64,000 nt of DNA from Anaeroplasmataceae bacterium (lineage in GTDB: Bacteria; Bacillota_I; Bacilli_A; Acholeplasmatales; JAEDCM01). The stretch lies in assembly GCA_016294165.1 (NCBI GenBank), contig JAEDCM010000005.1:68-64067 (forward strand), read 5' to 3'. The notes below the pieces were generated by a model that was given only the letters and a program-made list of their open reading frames with translations, searched no databases and had not been told where the DNA came from. Below are positions 47,818 to 56,348 of the stretch, piece by piece. The position numbers were made by a program, and so were the translations under genes. Each line of letters starts with the position of its first letter. Within the stretch, counting starts at the first letter, position 1.

Positions 47818-48207
47818 TTATTCAACACCTTCCCTTGCATTTACTAAGAATTTATAAACCATTACCCCAATTATTGAATCAACTGGAATCGTAAAGGCTA
47901 TTCCCTTACCATGCTTAGTTTTGAAATACTTTTCTTCATAACTATTTAATATCTCTTTAACCATTGACTCTTGAACGATAGATAATATAACCGATTTTTC
48001 ATTACTGTTTAATCCCAAATAGTTTAATAAATCAGTTGGGGCCGTCCCATTTCCATAGACAACCATCTGCATATTCACATCAAAGCCTTCTAAAACTGAT
48101 AAGTAAAAATCAGTTTTAACTCTTTCCACGACGGAAATCAAAATCTTAATTTTTTTAGGAGCTGTTAATACAGGCTTTTCTTGGTTTTCTTTACTTTTTC
48201 TAGCCAT
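47818..48207 (-). CDS. Second P-II-like small protein (paralogue of 47505..47816)
   Basis: 129 aa with the same C-terminal signature (GKGIAFTIPVDSIIGV) and a similar core (KILISVVERVKTDFYLSVLEGFDVNMQMVVYGNG). Confidence 0.6.
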   Translation of the reverse strand: MARKSKENQEKPVLTAPKKIKILISVVERVKTDFYLSVLEGFDVNMQMVVYGNGTAPTDLLNYLGLNSNEKSVILSIVQESMVKEILNSYEEKYFKTKHGKGIAFTIPVDSIIGVMVYKFLVNAREGVE

Positions 48208-48218
48208 TTATAATCCCC

Positions 48219-49763
48219 CTATTCATTAAAATATATGATTTGCTCATCAGATGCATCAAATATTTTCTTCATTCTAATATTACGTTTAACACGTTCAGCC
48301 ATTACTGCTTTAAATCCTAGTAATTGAATTGTAATTAACGGTGTCATCGCAACCATAGCAACAATACCAAACGCATTCTCTAATATCATATCTGGATGTA
48401 TTATATAACAAATACCAATTGAGAATGGCAAAATAAAACTTGATGTAAGCGGACCCGAAGCAACTCCACCAGAGTCAAAGGCAATTGCCGTATACATCTT
48501 TGGCACAAAAAATGATAATCCTAAAGAAATAAAATATCCTGGAATCACATAATACAAAATCGAAAAATCAAAAATAATGCGAATCATTGATAAACCAATT
48601 GAAACTCCAACTCCAATTGATAAAGCTAAAAGCATTGATCTTTTTGAAACTCCACCAGTTGTAATTTCTGATACCTGTCTAGTTAAAACATGAACTGCTG
48701 GTTCTGCTAATACGACCACTAATCCAAGAATAAATCCAAATAAAGTAACAATAGCTGAGTTTTCCTTGGCAATTTGCGTTCCTAATTCAAATCCAATTGG
48801 TAAAAAACCGATTGATGCGGCGGATAAAAATAAAACTAAACCAACATAAGTATATAAAATACCCATAAAAATTTGAATAAGCTTTTCCTTTGGAAGCTTA
48901 ATATAAATTTGTTGAATAATGATAAAGAAACCAACAATCATCGATAATGCTACTAAAACCTCAACTGCGATATCTAATAGTTGATGACCAAAATAATTAA
49001 TCAAACTACCAAATGTATTCGGGATACCATAATCAACGGGATCAGGAATAATTGTAAAACTTGAGCTATCAATAAACATTCCAATCATTAATACTACTAA
49101 AATTGGTCCAATTGAGCATAATGCAATAAGGCCAAATGAATTTTCTCGATGATTTCTTCCACCAATAGTTTTGGCGATACCAACACCTAATGCCATGATA
49201 AATGGGACAGTGATAGGGCCAGTTGTTACTCCACCAGAATCAAGTGACAAAGCTAAAAACTTTCCATTACCATTGGTAATTACTAAACTAGCAAAGGCAA
49301 ACAATAGCATATAAAAGAAAAATAATATCATCGATAAATCCTTCTTAAAAATAATCTTAATTACTGATAAAACTAAAAATAAACCAACACCTAAACCAAT
49401 AAAAAGAATCAAGATAACCGGTTTTATAACATCTTTAACCTGATTAGCTAGAACTGATAAATCTGGTTCAGCAATTGTTATTAAAACACCCATTATAAAG
49501 CACACAAAGATGATCAATAAAATCTTTCTTGTTTTTGTCAAGGATGATCCTATTTGCTCACCCATTGGTGTCATCGCAATATCCGCTCCTAGATTAAATA
49601 ACCCAATACCTAATATCAAGAGAAATGCTGATGCGATAAACACAAATAAATCAAATGCACTCAATGAGAAAAAAGGAGTAAAATATAAAATTAAAACAAT
49701 TAAAGTAACAGGTAATACTGAAATAAGCGCCTCTTTAATCTTATACCATAGTTGTTTAAGCAT
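48219..49763 (-). CDS. Polytopic membrane protein with internal duplication (2 x DUF1538-like)
   Basis: About 514 aa. The two halves share AEPDLSVLANQV / AEPAVHVLTRQV and SLDSGGVTTGPITVPF / AFDSGGVASGPLTSSF. ATG 49763 lies 6 nt after GAAGGGAGGG. Confidence 0.75.
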   Translation of the reverse strand: MLKQLWYKIKEALISVLPVTLIVLILYFTPFFSLSAFDLFVFIASAFLLILGIGLFNLGADIAMTPMGEQIGSSLTKTRKILLIIFVCFIMGVLITIAEPDLSVLANQVKDVIKPVILILFIGLGVGLFLVLSVIKIIFKKDLSMILFFFYMLLFAFASLVITNGNGKFLALSLDSGGVTTGPITVPFIMALGVGIAKTIGGRNHRENSFGLIALCSIGPILVVLMIGMFIDSSSFTIIPDPVDYGIPNTFGSLINYFGHQLLDIAVEVLVALSMIVGFFIIIQQIYIKLPKEKLIQIFMGILYTYVGLVLFLSAASIGFLPIGFELGTQIAKENSAIVTLFGFILGLVVVLAEPAVHVLTRQVSEITTGGVSKRSMLLALSIGVGVSIGLSMIRIIFDFSILYYVIPGYFISLGLSFFVPKMYTAIAFDSGGVASGPLTSSFILPFSIGICYIIHPDMILENAFGIVAMVAMTPLITIQLLGFKAVMAERVKRNIRMKKIFDASDEQIIYFNE

Positions 49764-49784
49764 AAATAACCCTCCCTTCAATGT

Positions 49785-49813
49785 ATTATAAATGAAAATT
49801 CATTTATAATCAA
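49785..49813 (-). promoter_or_regulatory. Promoter of the DUF1538 operon overlapped by a 26-bp palindrome
   Basis: Minus strand reads TTGATT-17 nt-TATAAT. The spacer and -10 form ATTATAAATGAA-NN-TTCATTTATAAT (12-bp perfect arms, 49785..49810). Confidence 0.45.
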
Positions 49814-49816
49814 CAC

Positions 49817-49853
49817 ATTAAATAAAAAATGAAGTCTAAAAAAAACTCCATTT
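49817..49853 (-). terminator. Terminator ending the rdgB...rluD transcription unit
   Basis: Minus strand reads AAATGGAGT-9 nt loop-ACTTCATTT (one G-U pair) followed by TTTATTTAAT. Confidence 0.4.
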
Positions 49854-49865
49854 TTCTAATTTAGA

Positions 49866-49964
49866 TTACAATTTTTTCTTTGCATTCTCTTCAACATCCG
49901 ATTTGCGTATTAAATCACTATTGCGCATATCATCACTTGGCTTCTTTTTTGGACTTCTTTTCAT
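49866..49964 (-). CDS. Candidate 32-aa basic/acidic small protein
   Basis: The ATG lies 5 nt after a GGTGA Shine-Dalgarno (ACGGTGATAAATATG). Product is MKRSPKKKPSDDMRNSDLIRKSDVEENAKKKL. It lies between the rluD stop and the terminator and is not in the ORF track because of its length. Confidence 0.3.
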   Translation of the reverse strand: MKRSPKKKPSDDMRNSDLIRKSDVEENAKKKL

Positions 49965-50006
49965 ATTTATCACCGTTAATATTTTTTGAAAATAATAGAT
50001 GATTTA

Positions 50007-50864
50007 TTAATTGAAATTTTTGTCAATTATTGTTTGAAAATCCTCCATAATATTTGAAGCAAATCGCATAATAGAACCATTTAATGGATGTTTGAATTCT
50101 AAAATATGGCAATCCAACATCACTCTTTTTTCCTTGCTTTTACCATATATATTATCACCTAATAAAGGGTGATTAATGCTTGATAAATGCAATCTAATTT
50201 GATGGGTTCTTCCTGTTTTAATCATGACCTCCACCAAGGCAATTTTATCATTCTGTTTTAGAACATGATAGCTAGTGTAGGCTTCCTTACCATTTTTAGA
50301 AATCACCATTTTATTATTAACATGACGATCTGTTCCAATTTTGGAATCGATAAAACCATTTAATTCTTTAAACCTATTGTATACTAGTGCCCAATAAATC
50401 TTTTTAATATCATGCATTCTAAATAAATAATCAAAATAGCTCGCCCATAAAAAATTTTTAGGAAAAATCATTAATCCACTAGTATCAGTATCTAACCTTG
50501 AAGGGTATCTAACCACACAATTAACATTATTTTTCTTAAAATATGCGCTAACCTGATTTGCCAGGCTATTAGACTCACCATGAATAATATATGCTGGTTT
50601 TTTATTTACCACTAAAAAGTTTTTATCCTCATATATAACTTCTAAATCACTATTAAACCCCTCTAAATTATTCTCCTCAAAGGTATTGATAGTAACTTCC
50701 TCTCCCGCATCCAATTGCTTATCAAAATTATATGTTTTACCATTTACTGTAATAGATTTATTCATATATAGCTCATGGATTTTAGTCTTTGATAAATAAA
50801 ACCTATTCAAAAGCTGTCTAATTGTCATCTGCTCATTTAATTTGATTACTACGCTTTCTTCCAT
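50007..50864 (-). CDS. rluD: RluA/RluD-family 23S rRNA pseudouridine synthase with an N-terminal S4-like domain
   Basis: Catalytic motif RLDTDTSGLMIF and GRTHQIRLHL. ATG 50864 lies 5 nt after AAAGGTGTGG. Confidence 0.85.
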   Translation of the reverse strand: MEESVVIKLNEQMTIRQLLNRFYLSKTKIHELYMNKSITVNGKTYNFDKQLDAGEEVTINTFEENNLEGFNSDLEVIYEDKNFLVVNKKPAYIIHGESNSLANQVSAYFKKNNVNCVVRYPSRLDTDTSGLMIFPKNFLWASYFDYLFRMHDIKKIYWALVYNRFKELNGFIDSKIGTDRHVNNKMVISKNGKEAYTSYHVLKQNDKIALVEVMIKTGRTHQIRLHLSSINHPLLGDNIYGKSKEKRVMLDCHILEFKHPLNGSIMRFASNIMEDFQTIIDKNFN

Positions 50865-51603
50865 TAAAACCACACCTTTTGCATAGCTCCTCACTACACT
50901 TCTTTTTCTTAAAGCCTTCGATTAGATTAATATATCTTTGGCTACGAAACACATCATCTAAATTTAGATCAAAAATATTACCTAAATTAATTATTCCTTC
51001 ACTATCTAAACAGCACGGAACAATTGTCCCATTCGATAATATACCTATTTGCATACTACCACCTAGGCAGCTTCTATTTTCATTATAAATTTTATTGTCC
51101 ATACTTGGCCAAACAAACTCATCATCATAGTTTAAAAATGTTTTATCATCAAATATCACATCATTCAATGCTTCTAAAACCTCACTATTTTTTACCCATT
51201 GCCTCAATGATAAATTAAAACTTTTATTCGGATAATTAATTAATCTAATCAAATCACTAAGATATTCTTTTTTATTTGAAACAAAAGGATATGCATGTAA
51301 GCTTACATTAATTTGACGAATGGCTGGATGGTTTAAAAGTTCAAAATCAATCATTGTACCATTAGTTGTAATATTTACAAGCATTTCATTATTATAAGCA
51401 ATATCTAAAAGATCTCTTAAATTAGGATGAATAAAAGGCTCCCCTTTTACATGCAAATATATGTGCTTAGTATATCCTTTTATTTTATTAATAATTGCAT
51501 CAAACTCATTAACACTTAAAAATCTTTTCCTAATACTATCCTTCTTACAAAATGAGCATTCCAAATTACAAACATTAGATATTTCAATATATATTCTTTT
51601 CAT
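50833..51603 (-). CDS. Small radical-SAM enzyme with a C-terminal Cys-rich (SPASM/twitch-like) extension
   Basis: CNLECSFC (CxxxCxxC) at residues 12-19. C-terminal cysteines: CLGG...VPCCLD...C..ELCKRC. 256 aa. Confidence 0.85.
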   Translation of the reverse strand: MKRIYIEISNVCNLECSFCKKDSIRKRFLSVNEFDAIINKIKGYTKHIYLHVKGEPFIHPNLRDLLDIAYNNEMLVNITTNGTMIDFELLNHPAIRQINVSLHAYPFVSNKKEYLSDLIRLINYPNKSFNLSLRQWVKNSEVLEALNDVIFDDKTFLNYDDEFVWPSMDNKIYNENRSCLGGSMQIGILSNGTIVPCCLDSEGIINLGNIFDLNLDDVFRSQRYINLIEGFKKKKCSEELCKRCGFNGRKRSNQIK

Positions 51604-52708
51604 AATTAATACTGCTTCCTAATGCATAAATTCTCAAAGAATTCTCTTTATTTTTTATAAACATGTCACATATTTTAGTTACAACCTTATTTTTCTTGCC
51701 TTTTGTTTGAATTTTTCTAATCAAATAATCAAATAAAGGATATTTATTATCATTTAAATAAATAGCGTCCTTGAAATTATTTTGCTTAACAAAAGCTTTA
51801 AACACTTGAATACTATTAGGAATCTTATATTTAAAATTTAAATTTGTAAATGAAATATCATTCTTCTCTTGATCAACAATTAAGCTCATATCAAAAATCT
51901 TTTCAATCTGCATATTAATCATATAGGCAATTACATCACTATGAGCATCTTGGTCCCATTTAAACAATTCCTCAATTATATTAATACGCCAAATATATCG
52001 ATCTGATGTATAATCCTCTAATTTATATAGGCTAATATAGTTTTTCCTAATATTATCTAATAATTCAAAATTTCTAATTCCTTTTTTATATTCTTTAAAC
52101 AAACGATAGCACATCTCACTTAAATATGAATTAGCATTTGGATTCTCTAAAAACATTCGATTATATATTTCTTTTAATAATTTATCCGATTCTAAATAAT
52201 AATTGTTAATTACTCTTTTTAAATCAACATCGTAATTGATTTCCTCAACATCATTACTAGAAGGAATAGAAATTTTATATACCAAATTATAATAGCTTGT
52301 TTTTTGTTTATTTAAGTCGCAATAGCCAATTTTATCCTCATCATAGGTGCGCTTAGTTGGATGACCAACTACATCGTTACGAATGTATTTTATTTCTCTT
52401 AAATTGGGATTCATATTAACGTTAACGCTCCACTTACGATTTGTAATTCCATATGATAAAGAATATAAGGCATCAATTCCAACAAATAGTGATTGAAGCA
52501 TCGCAAAAATATTAAAAACCGCAATACTATTATCTTTACTTTCATTTTTTAAATACACATCAATATTATCATTAACTAAAGCTAAGGCTTCTAATGATGA
52601 GCAAGTAATATGATAACTAACCTTATTACTTAACAATGATTTCAAAAGGCGTTTATCATTAAACGCATCGCCAAACTTTCTAATAAGGGTATTATTGTTT
52701 TCAATCAT
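51584..52708 (-). CDS. Orphan 374-aa helical protein with a HEPN-type R-N-x4-H motif
   Basis: A strong Shine-Dalgarno GGAGGGG lies 5 nt before the ATG, and the start shares ATGA with the upstream stop. The motif IRNDVVGHP at aa 109-117 follows about 100 aa of helix-prone sequence. I recognise no other family signature. Confidence 0.6.
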   Translation of the reverse strand: MIENNNTLIRKFGDAFNDKRLLKSLLSNKVSYHITCSSLEALALVNDNIDVYLKNESKDNSIAVFNIFAMLQSLFVGIDALYSLSYGITNRKWSVNVNMNPNLREIKYIRNDVVGHPTKRTYDEDKIGYCDLNKQKTSYYNLVYKISIPSSNDVEEINYDVDLKRVINNYYLESDKLLKEIYNRMFLENPNANSYLSEMCYRLFKEYKKGIRNFELLDNIRKNYISLYKLEDYTSDRYIWRINIIEELFKWDQDAHSDVIAYMINMQIEKIFDMSLIVDQEKNDISFTNLNFKYKIPNSIQVFKAFVKQNNFKDAIYLNDNKYPLFDYLIRKIQTKGKKNKVVTKICDMFIKNKENSLRIYALGSSINYEKNIY

Positions 52709-55700
52709 TTTGACCCCTCCAATTTTTTAATAATATCGGATAGATAGATGTATTTTCCATAGCTAATGTATTTAACACCTAAACTCTTTAAAATAGCTAT
52801 TTCCTCTTTATTTAAAACATTAGTAATTAATAAATTAGCGTTAAGATTTTCACACATTGAAACTAGGCCACGAGTAAAATTCATTCCTTCAGTAGTTTCC
52901 AAATAATTATTTAAATATGTGACCTTAAAGTATTCAATATTGAACAATAGAGCATCCGTAAAATCGCTTGACATCAAGCTTACACCTAATTTATTAAGCA
53001 TTTTAGCCTCTAGAGAAATATCTTCTTTATTACCCACTAAATCTATTGTCAATAACCCCTTTGGTAAGGCTGACTTATTAACGCGGTGAATAATATCAAT
53101 AAATCCTTTGGATTTGATTGTGCTATAACTTATCGCGACCTTTATTCTAAAATAACGATCATATTTTTCATAGATAGACATGACCTCTTGTAAGGCTTTC
53201 TTCAAAATATACTTTTCATATTTTTCCGTTAATCCGCGAAGTTTAATTACTTCCTTTATTTTACTTTCTTCAGTAATAAAATCATAAATATGACCTTCTA
53301 CATCATAAAATGATACAGTTTTACTTTCTTGATTAACAACCTGCTTATATTTTATTCCTATACGATTTAAATCAATACACTCATTAATATGCTTAACTAA
53401 ATCAATATTCCTAAATTCCTCAACATAATCCTTTTTAGAGAAGCATGTAATTTTATTATCCTTAGAAGATTGATTTAGCGCAAATGATGCATAGCTTAAA
53501 AGCTTGTCCGGCATTTTTTCAATTGTTTGAACTGGATATCTTAAAAATCCAATTTTAAATCTAACATCAACACGGGCCTTACGTCTACTGACATTCTCTT
53601 CTAAATAGCTAATCAAACCCTTTGAAATTCTTTCGACGCTTCTTATATCATTTACATCCTCTAGGATGATTAAGAAATCATCCGCACTGATGCGATAATG
53701 TTTAAATGTTTGTTCCTTAAAGAATTCTTTAATGCATCTTGAGATATTTCTTAACAATTCATTTCCAAAGCTTATCTGATAACAATCATTAATCTCTTTA
53801 AAGGAAATAATATCCACCATAATCATGGAGAATCTCTTATTAGATCGGATTAACTTCATTATATCTTTGTAATACGCATATATATTATGAGCTTTGGTTA
53901 AACTATCATAATAAATTCGCATATCATCCTCAGCTATTTTTTTAACAGCCAATGTTATATCCTCAAGAATACTAATACGAACCTTTAAATCTCCTTTAAA
54001 AGTATATTTAGACTTTTCTAAAACATCAAACCCTTTTAACTTATAGTTGACCTCTTCATTATTGCTATTTAAGAATTCCTTATAAGTAACATAACTCTCA
54101 CTATTGACATAACTTAAGAATTCTCCTTGGCTTAGCTTACTACTAATTTTGAAATATTTACTAGCCTTTTCATTTAAAAAAACATGATCATCAATACTAT
54201 ACTTTATCATGGCATCACATAGCATAAAGGCATCCTTATAAGCTATATATTCACTAATTGAATCATTTAATATTTGATATGTCAAATAACGATCTGTAAT
54301 TAAATTGCTTAAATATTTTAATATTTCATAATTAAACCCTTCAATTATTTCGTTTTCTAAAGATAAAAAACTAATTACTCCAATAATCTCATTTTTAGAA
54401 AAAATTGGGAAAGCAATAGCCGTGTTAAATGCTAAAAGTTCATAATCACGATTATAAACGATATCTCTGATTCCAAACAAATCTTCCTTCAAAGTAAAGA
54501 CCTTTTCCTTATTATCGGATAAAACTTGGTAGAAAATAGAATTAGAAATGTCAAAATACTCCTTGTCATATAGTCGCTCTTTCTTATAATGATATCCCTT
54601 ATATCCATCTAAGAAGACCATCTCCATTTCATCAAACACATGATATTTTGATGTTTCAATCAATAATGGTAATAAAACATCTCTAAATCTAATCTTTGAA
54701 GTTATGGTTAATGCTTGTTCCTGAATGTTCATAATATTGGTCAAAATATTATAAACCAATTCGTCATCATTTTTATATGTCAAAACAACTGATTTATCAG
54801 ATATTTCCTTTTTCTTTTTAATAATTTTCCTTGCCTTTTTAGTTGGGAAAACCAACTCATCAAGCCTTTTTTGGTATATTTCTAATGAAAAACGATTCTC
54901 TAATTTTTGATATAAATCAATACATGCTAAAAAGAATTCTCTTTTGACATTTGGACTTAATTTTAGTATATGTTCTTCATATTCAGCCTCATTAACCATT
55001 GCCTTACGATAATCTTCTTTTTTAATTAACAAATTGATATCTAGCGTGAAAATTAATCCCAAAGTTTCATCATCAATTTGATCGCGATTTTCTAATCCTA
55101 ATAAATTTATTTCATAAGCCTTAAGATGAGACCCTATTTTATAATTATTATAGGCCTCTAAATAATTACAAACATAGTACTCCTTCATATCATTAATATT
55201 TAAACACAAATCCTTAAGCATCATAATATATCTAATCGCAAAATCAAATTTGTTTTCCATATTATAAATACTAATTATATCTTTACTTAATTTAATACGC
55301 ACATCATCTGGCAAATCGTCATTTAAGGTATTAATCATTAATGATAATGCATCGTCAAATTCTTCATTTTCCATATAAATGTTAACTAGTTTTAGTGATG
55401 CAATATACTTTCTTTTTGAATCAAGATTTTTTTCTAATCTTAAGATATATTTTTTAGCGTCTTCAAAATTTAATGTTTTAATATATACATCCACAATAAC
55501 GATTAAAGTTTCAACATATAAATCTTGACTAACAGTCATAACATTTTCTTTTAAAAGCTTAAATAAAATTGAAATTGCCTCTTCTTCATTATCCAACTCA
55601 CATTGATGCTTAGCTAAAATAATAGAGGCTTTAAAATAATCATACCCTGAAGCTTGCGCAATAAAAGATTCTATCTTTTTAATAGAATCTTTACTAACTA

Positions 55701-55728
55701 TTAAAGATTGTAAATCCTTAAGCTTCAA
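52705..55728 (-). CDS. TPR-like / GAF-like sensor protein with degenerate GGDEF and degenerate EAL domains
   Basis: 1007 aa. The GGDEF-domain core reads YYDSLTKAHN...MVDIISFKEINDCY...HYRISADDFLII, with SADDF replacing GGDEF. The EAL-like region reads IKYKQVV...FYDVEGHIY, ...LMSSDF, FKVTYL and lacks the EAL, E-x-T-E and DDFG signatures. TTG start 55728 lies 8 nt after AAGGAGA. Confidence 0.8.
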   Translation of the reverse strand: MKLKDLQSLIVSKDSIKKIESFIAQASGYDYFKASIILAKHQCELDNEEEAISILFKLLKENVMTVSQDLYVETLIVIVDVYIKTLNFEDAKKYILRLEKNLDSKRKYIASLKLVNIYMENEEFDDALSLMINTLNDDLPDDVRIKLSKDIISIYNMENKFDFAIRYIMMLKDLCLNINDMKEYYVCNYLEAYNNYKIGSHLKAYEINLLGLENRDQIDDETLGLIFTLDINLLIKKEDYRKAMVNEAEYEEHILKLSPNVKREFFLACIDLYQKLENRFSLEIYQKRLDELVFPTKKARKIIKKKKEISDKSVVLTYKNDDELVYNILTNIMNIQEQALTITSKIRFRDVLLPLLIETSKYHVFDEMEMVFLDGYKGYHYKKERLYDKEYFDISNSIFYQVLSDNKEKVFTLKEDLFGIRDIVYNRDYELLAFNTAIAFPIFSKNEIIGVISFLSLENEIIEGFNYEILKYLSNLITDRYLTYQILNDSISEYIAYKDAFMLCDAMIKYSIDDHVFLNEKASKYFKISSKLSQGEFLSYVNSESYVTYKEFLNSNNEEVNYKLKGFDVLEKSKYTFKGDLKVRISILEDITLAVKKIAEDDMRIYYDSLTKAHNIYAYYKDIMKLIRSNKRFSMIMVDIISFKEINDCYQISFGNELLRNISRCIKEFFKEQTFKHYRISADDFLIILEDVNDIRSVERISKGLISYLEENVSRRKARVDVRFKIGFLRYPVQTIEKMPDKLLSYASFALNQSSKDNKITCFSKKDYVEEFRNIDLVKHINECIDLNRIGIKYKQVVNQESKTVSFYDVEGHIYDFITEESKIKEVIKLRGLTEKYEKYILKKALQEVMSIYEKYDRYFRIKVAISYSTIKSKGFIDIIHRVNKSALPKGLLTIDLVGNKEDISLEAKMLNKLGVSLMSSDFTDALLFNIEYFKVTYLNNYLETTEGMNFTRGLVSMCENLNANLLITNVLNKEEIAILKSLGVKYISYGKYIYLSDIIKKLEGSK

Positions 55729-55732
55729 AATA

Positions 55733-56320
55733 TCATTCTCCTTTTATTTTATCTATATCATTTAAAATCATCCTAAGAGCTTTTGCTCGATGAGATATTT
55801 CATTTTTAATTTCCTTGCTGATTTGTCCAAATGATTCATTAAATCCTAATGGATAAAATAACGGATCATAACCAAAACCATTATTTCCAACCAGTTCTTC
55901 TCCAATATTTCCTTCACAAATTCCTTGATAATGCAAATATGTATCATCCGGATAGTATATAATTATACTACACTCATAATACGCATATCGATCGCTTACA
56001 CCCTTTAATTTTTCTAGTAAGAGAGCATTATTATCATCATCGTCATGGGTTGGTGAAAAGCGTGCTGAATAAACTCCCGGAGCATAATTAAGTGCCCTTA
56101 CACATAATCCTGAATCATCAGATATTGTTATCTTACCAGTTTCCTTACAAATAGTTTTTGCCTTTATAAGGGCATTTTCTTTGAAAGTTGTTCCATCTTC
56201 AATAATCTCTTTATTATAATTTATATCCTTAAGAGAAAATACATTAAATCCAAATGGTTCTAATATATCCTTAAATTCTCTGATCTTTCCTTTATTATTG
56301 CTTGCCAAAATTATATCCAT
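55733..56320 (-). CDS. rdgB: Non-canonical purine NTP pyrophosphatase RdgB/HAM1
   Basis: MDIILASNNKGKIREF, DDSGL, GFGYDPLF and SHRAKAL. 195 aa. Confidence 0.9.
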   Translation of the reverse strand: MDIILASNNKGKIREFKDILEPFGFNVFSLKDINYNKEIIEDGTTFKENALIKAKTICKETGKITISDDSGLCVRALNYAPGVYSARFSPTHDDDDNNALLLEKLKGVSDRYAYYECSIIIYYPDDTYLHYQGICEGNIGEELVGNNGFGYDPLFYPLGFNESFGQISKEIKNEISHRAKALRMILNDIDKIKGE

Positions 56321-56348
56321 AAAAATCAGCTCCTTATATTATATTTTA

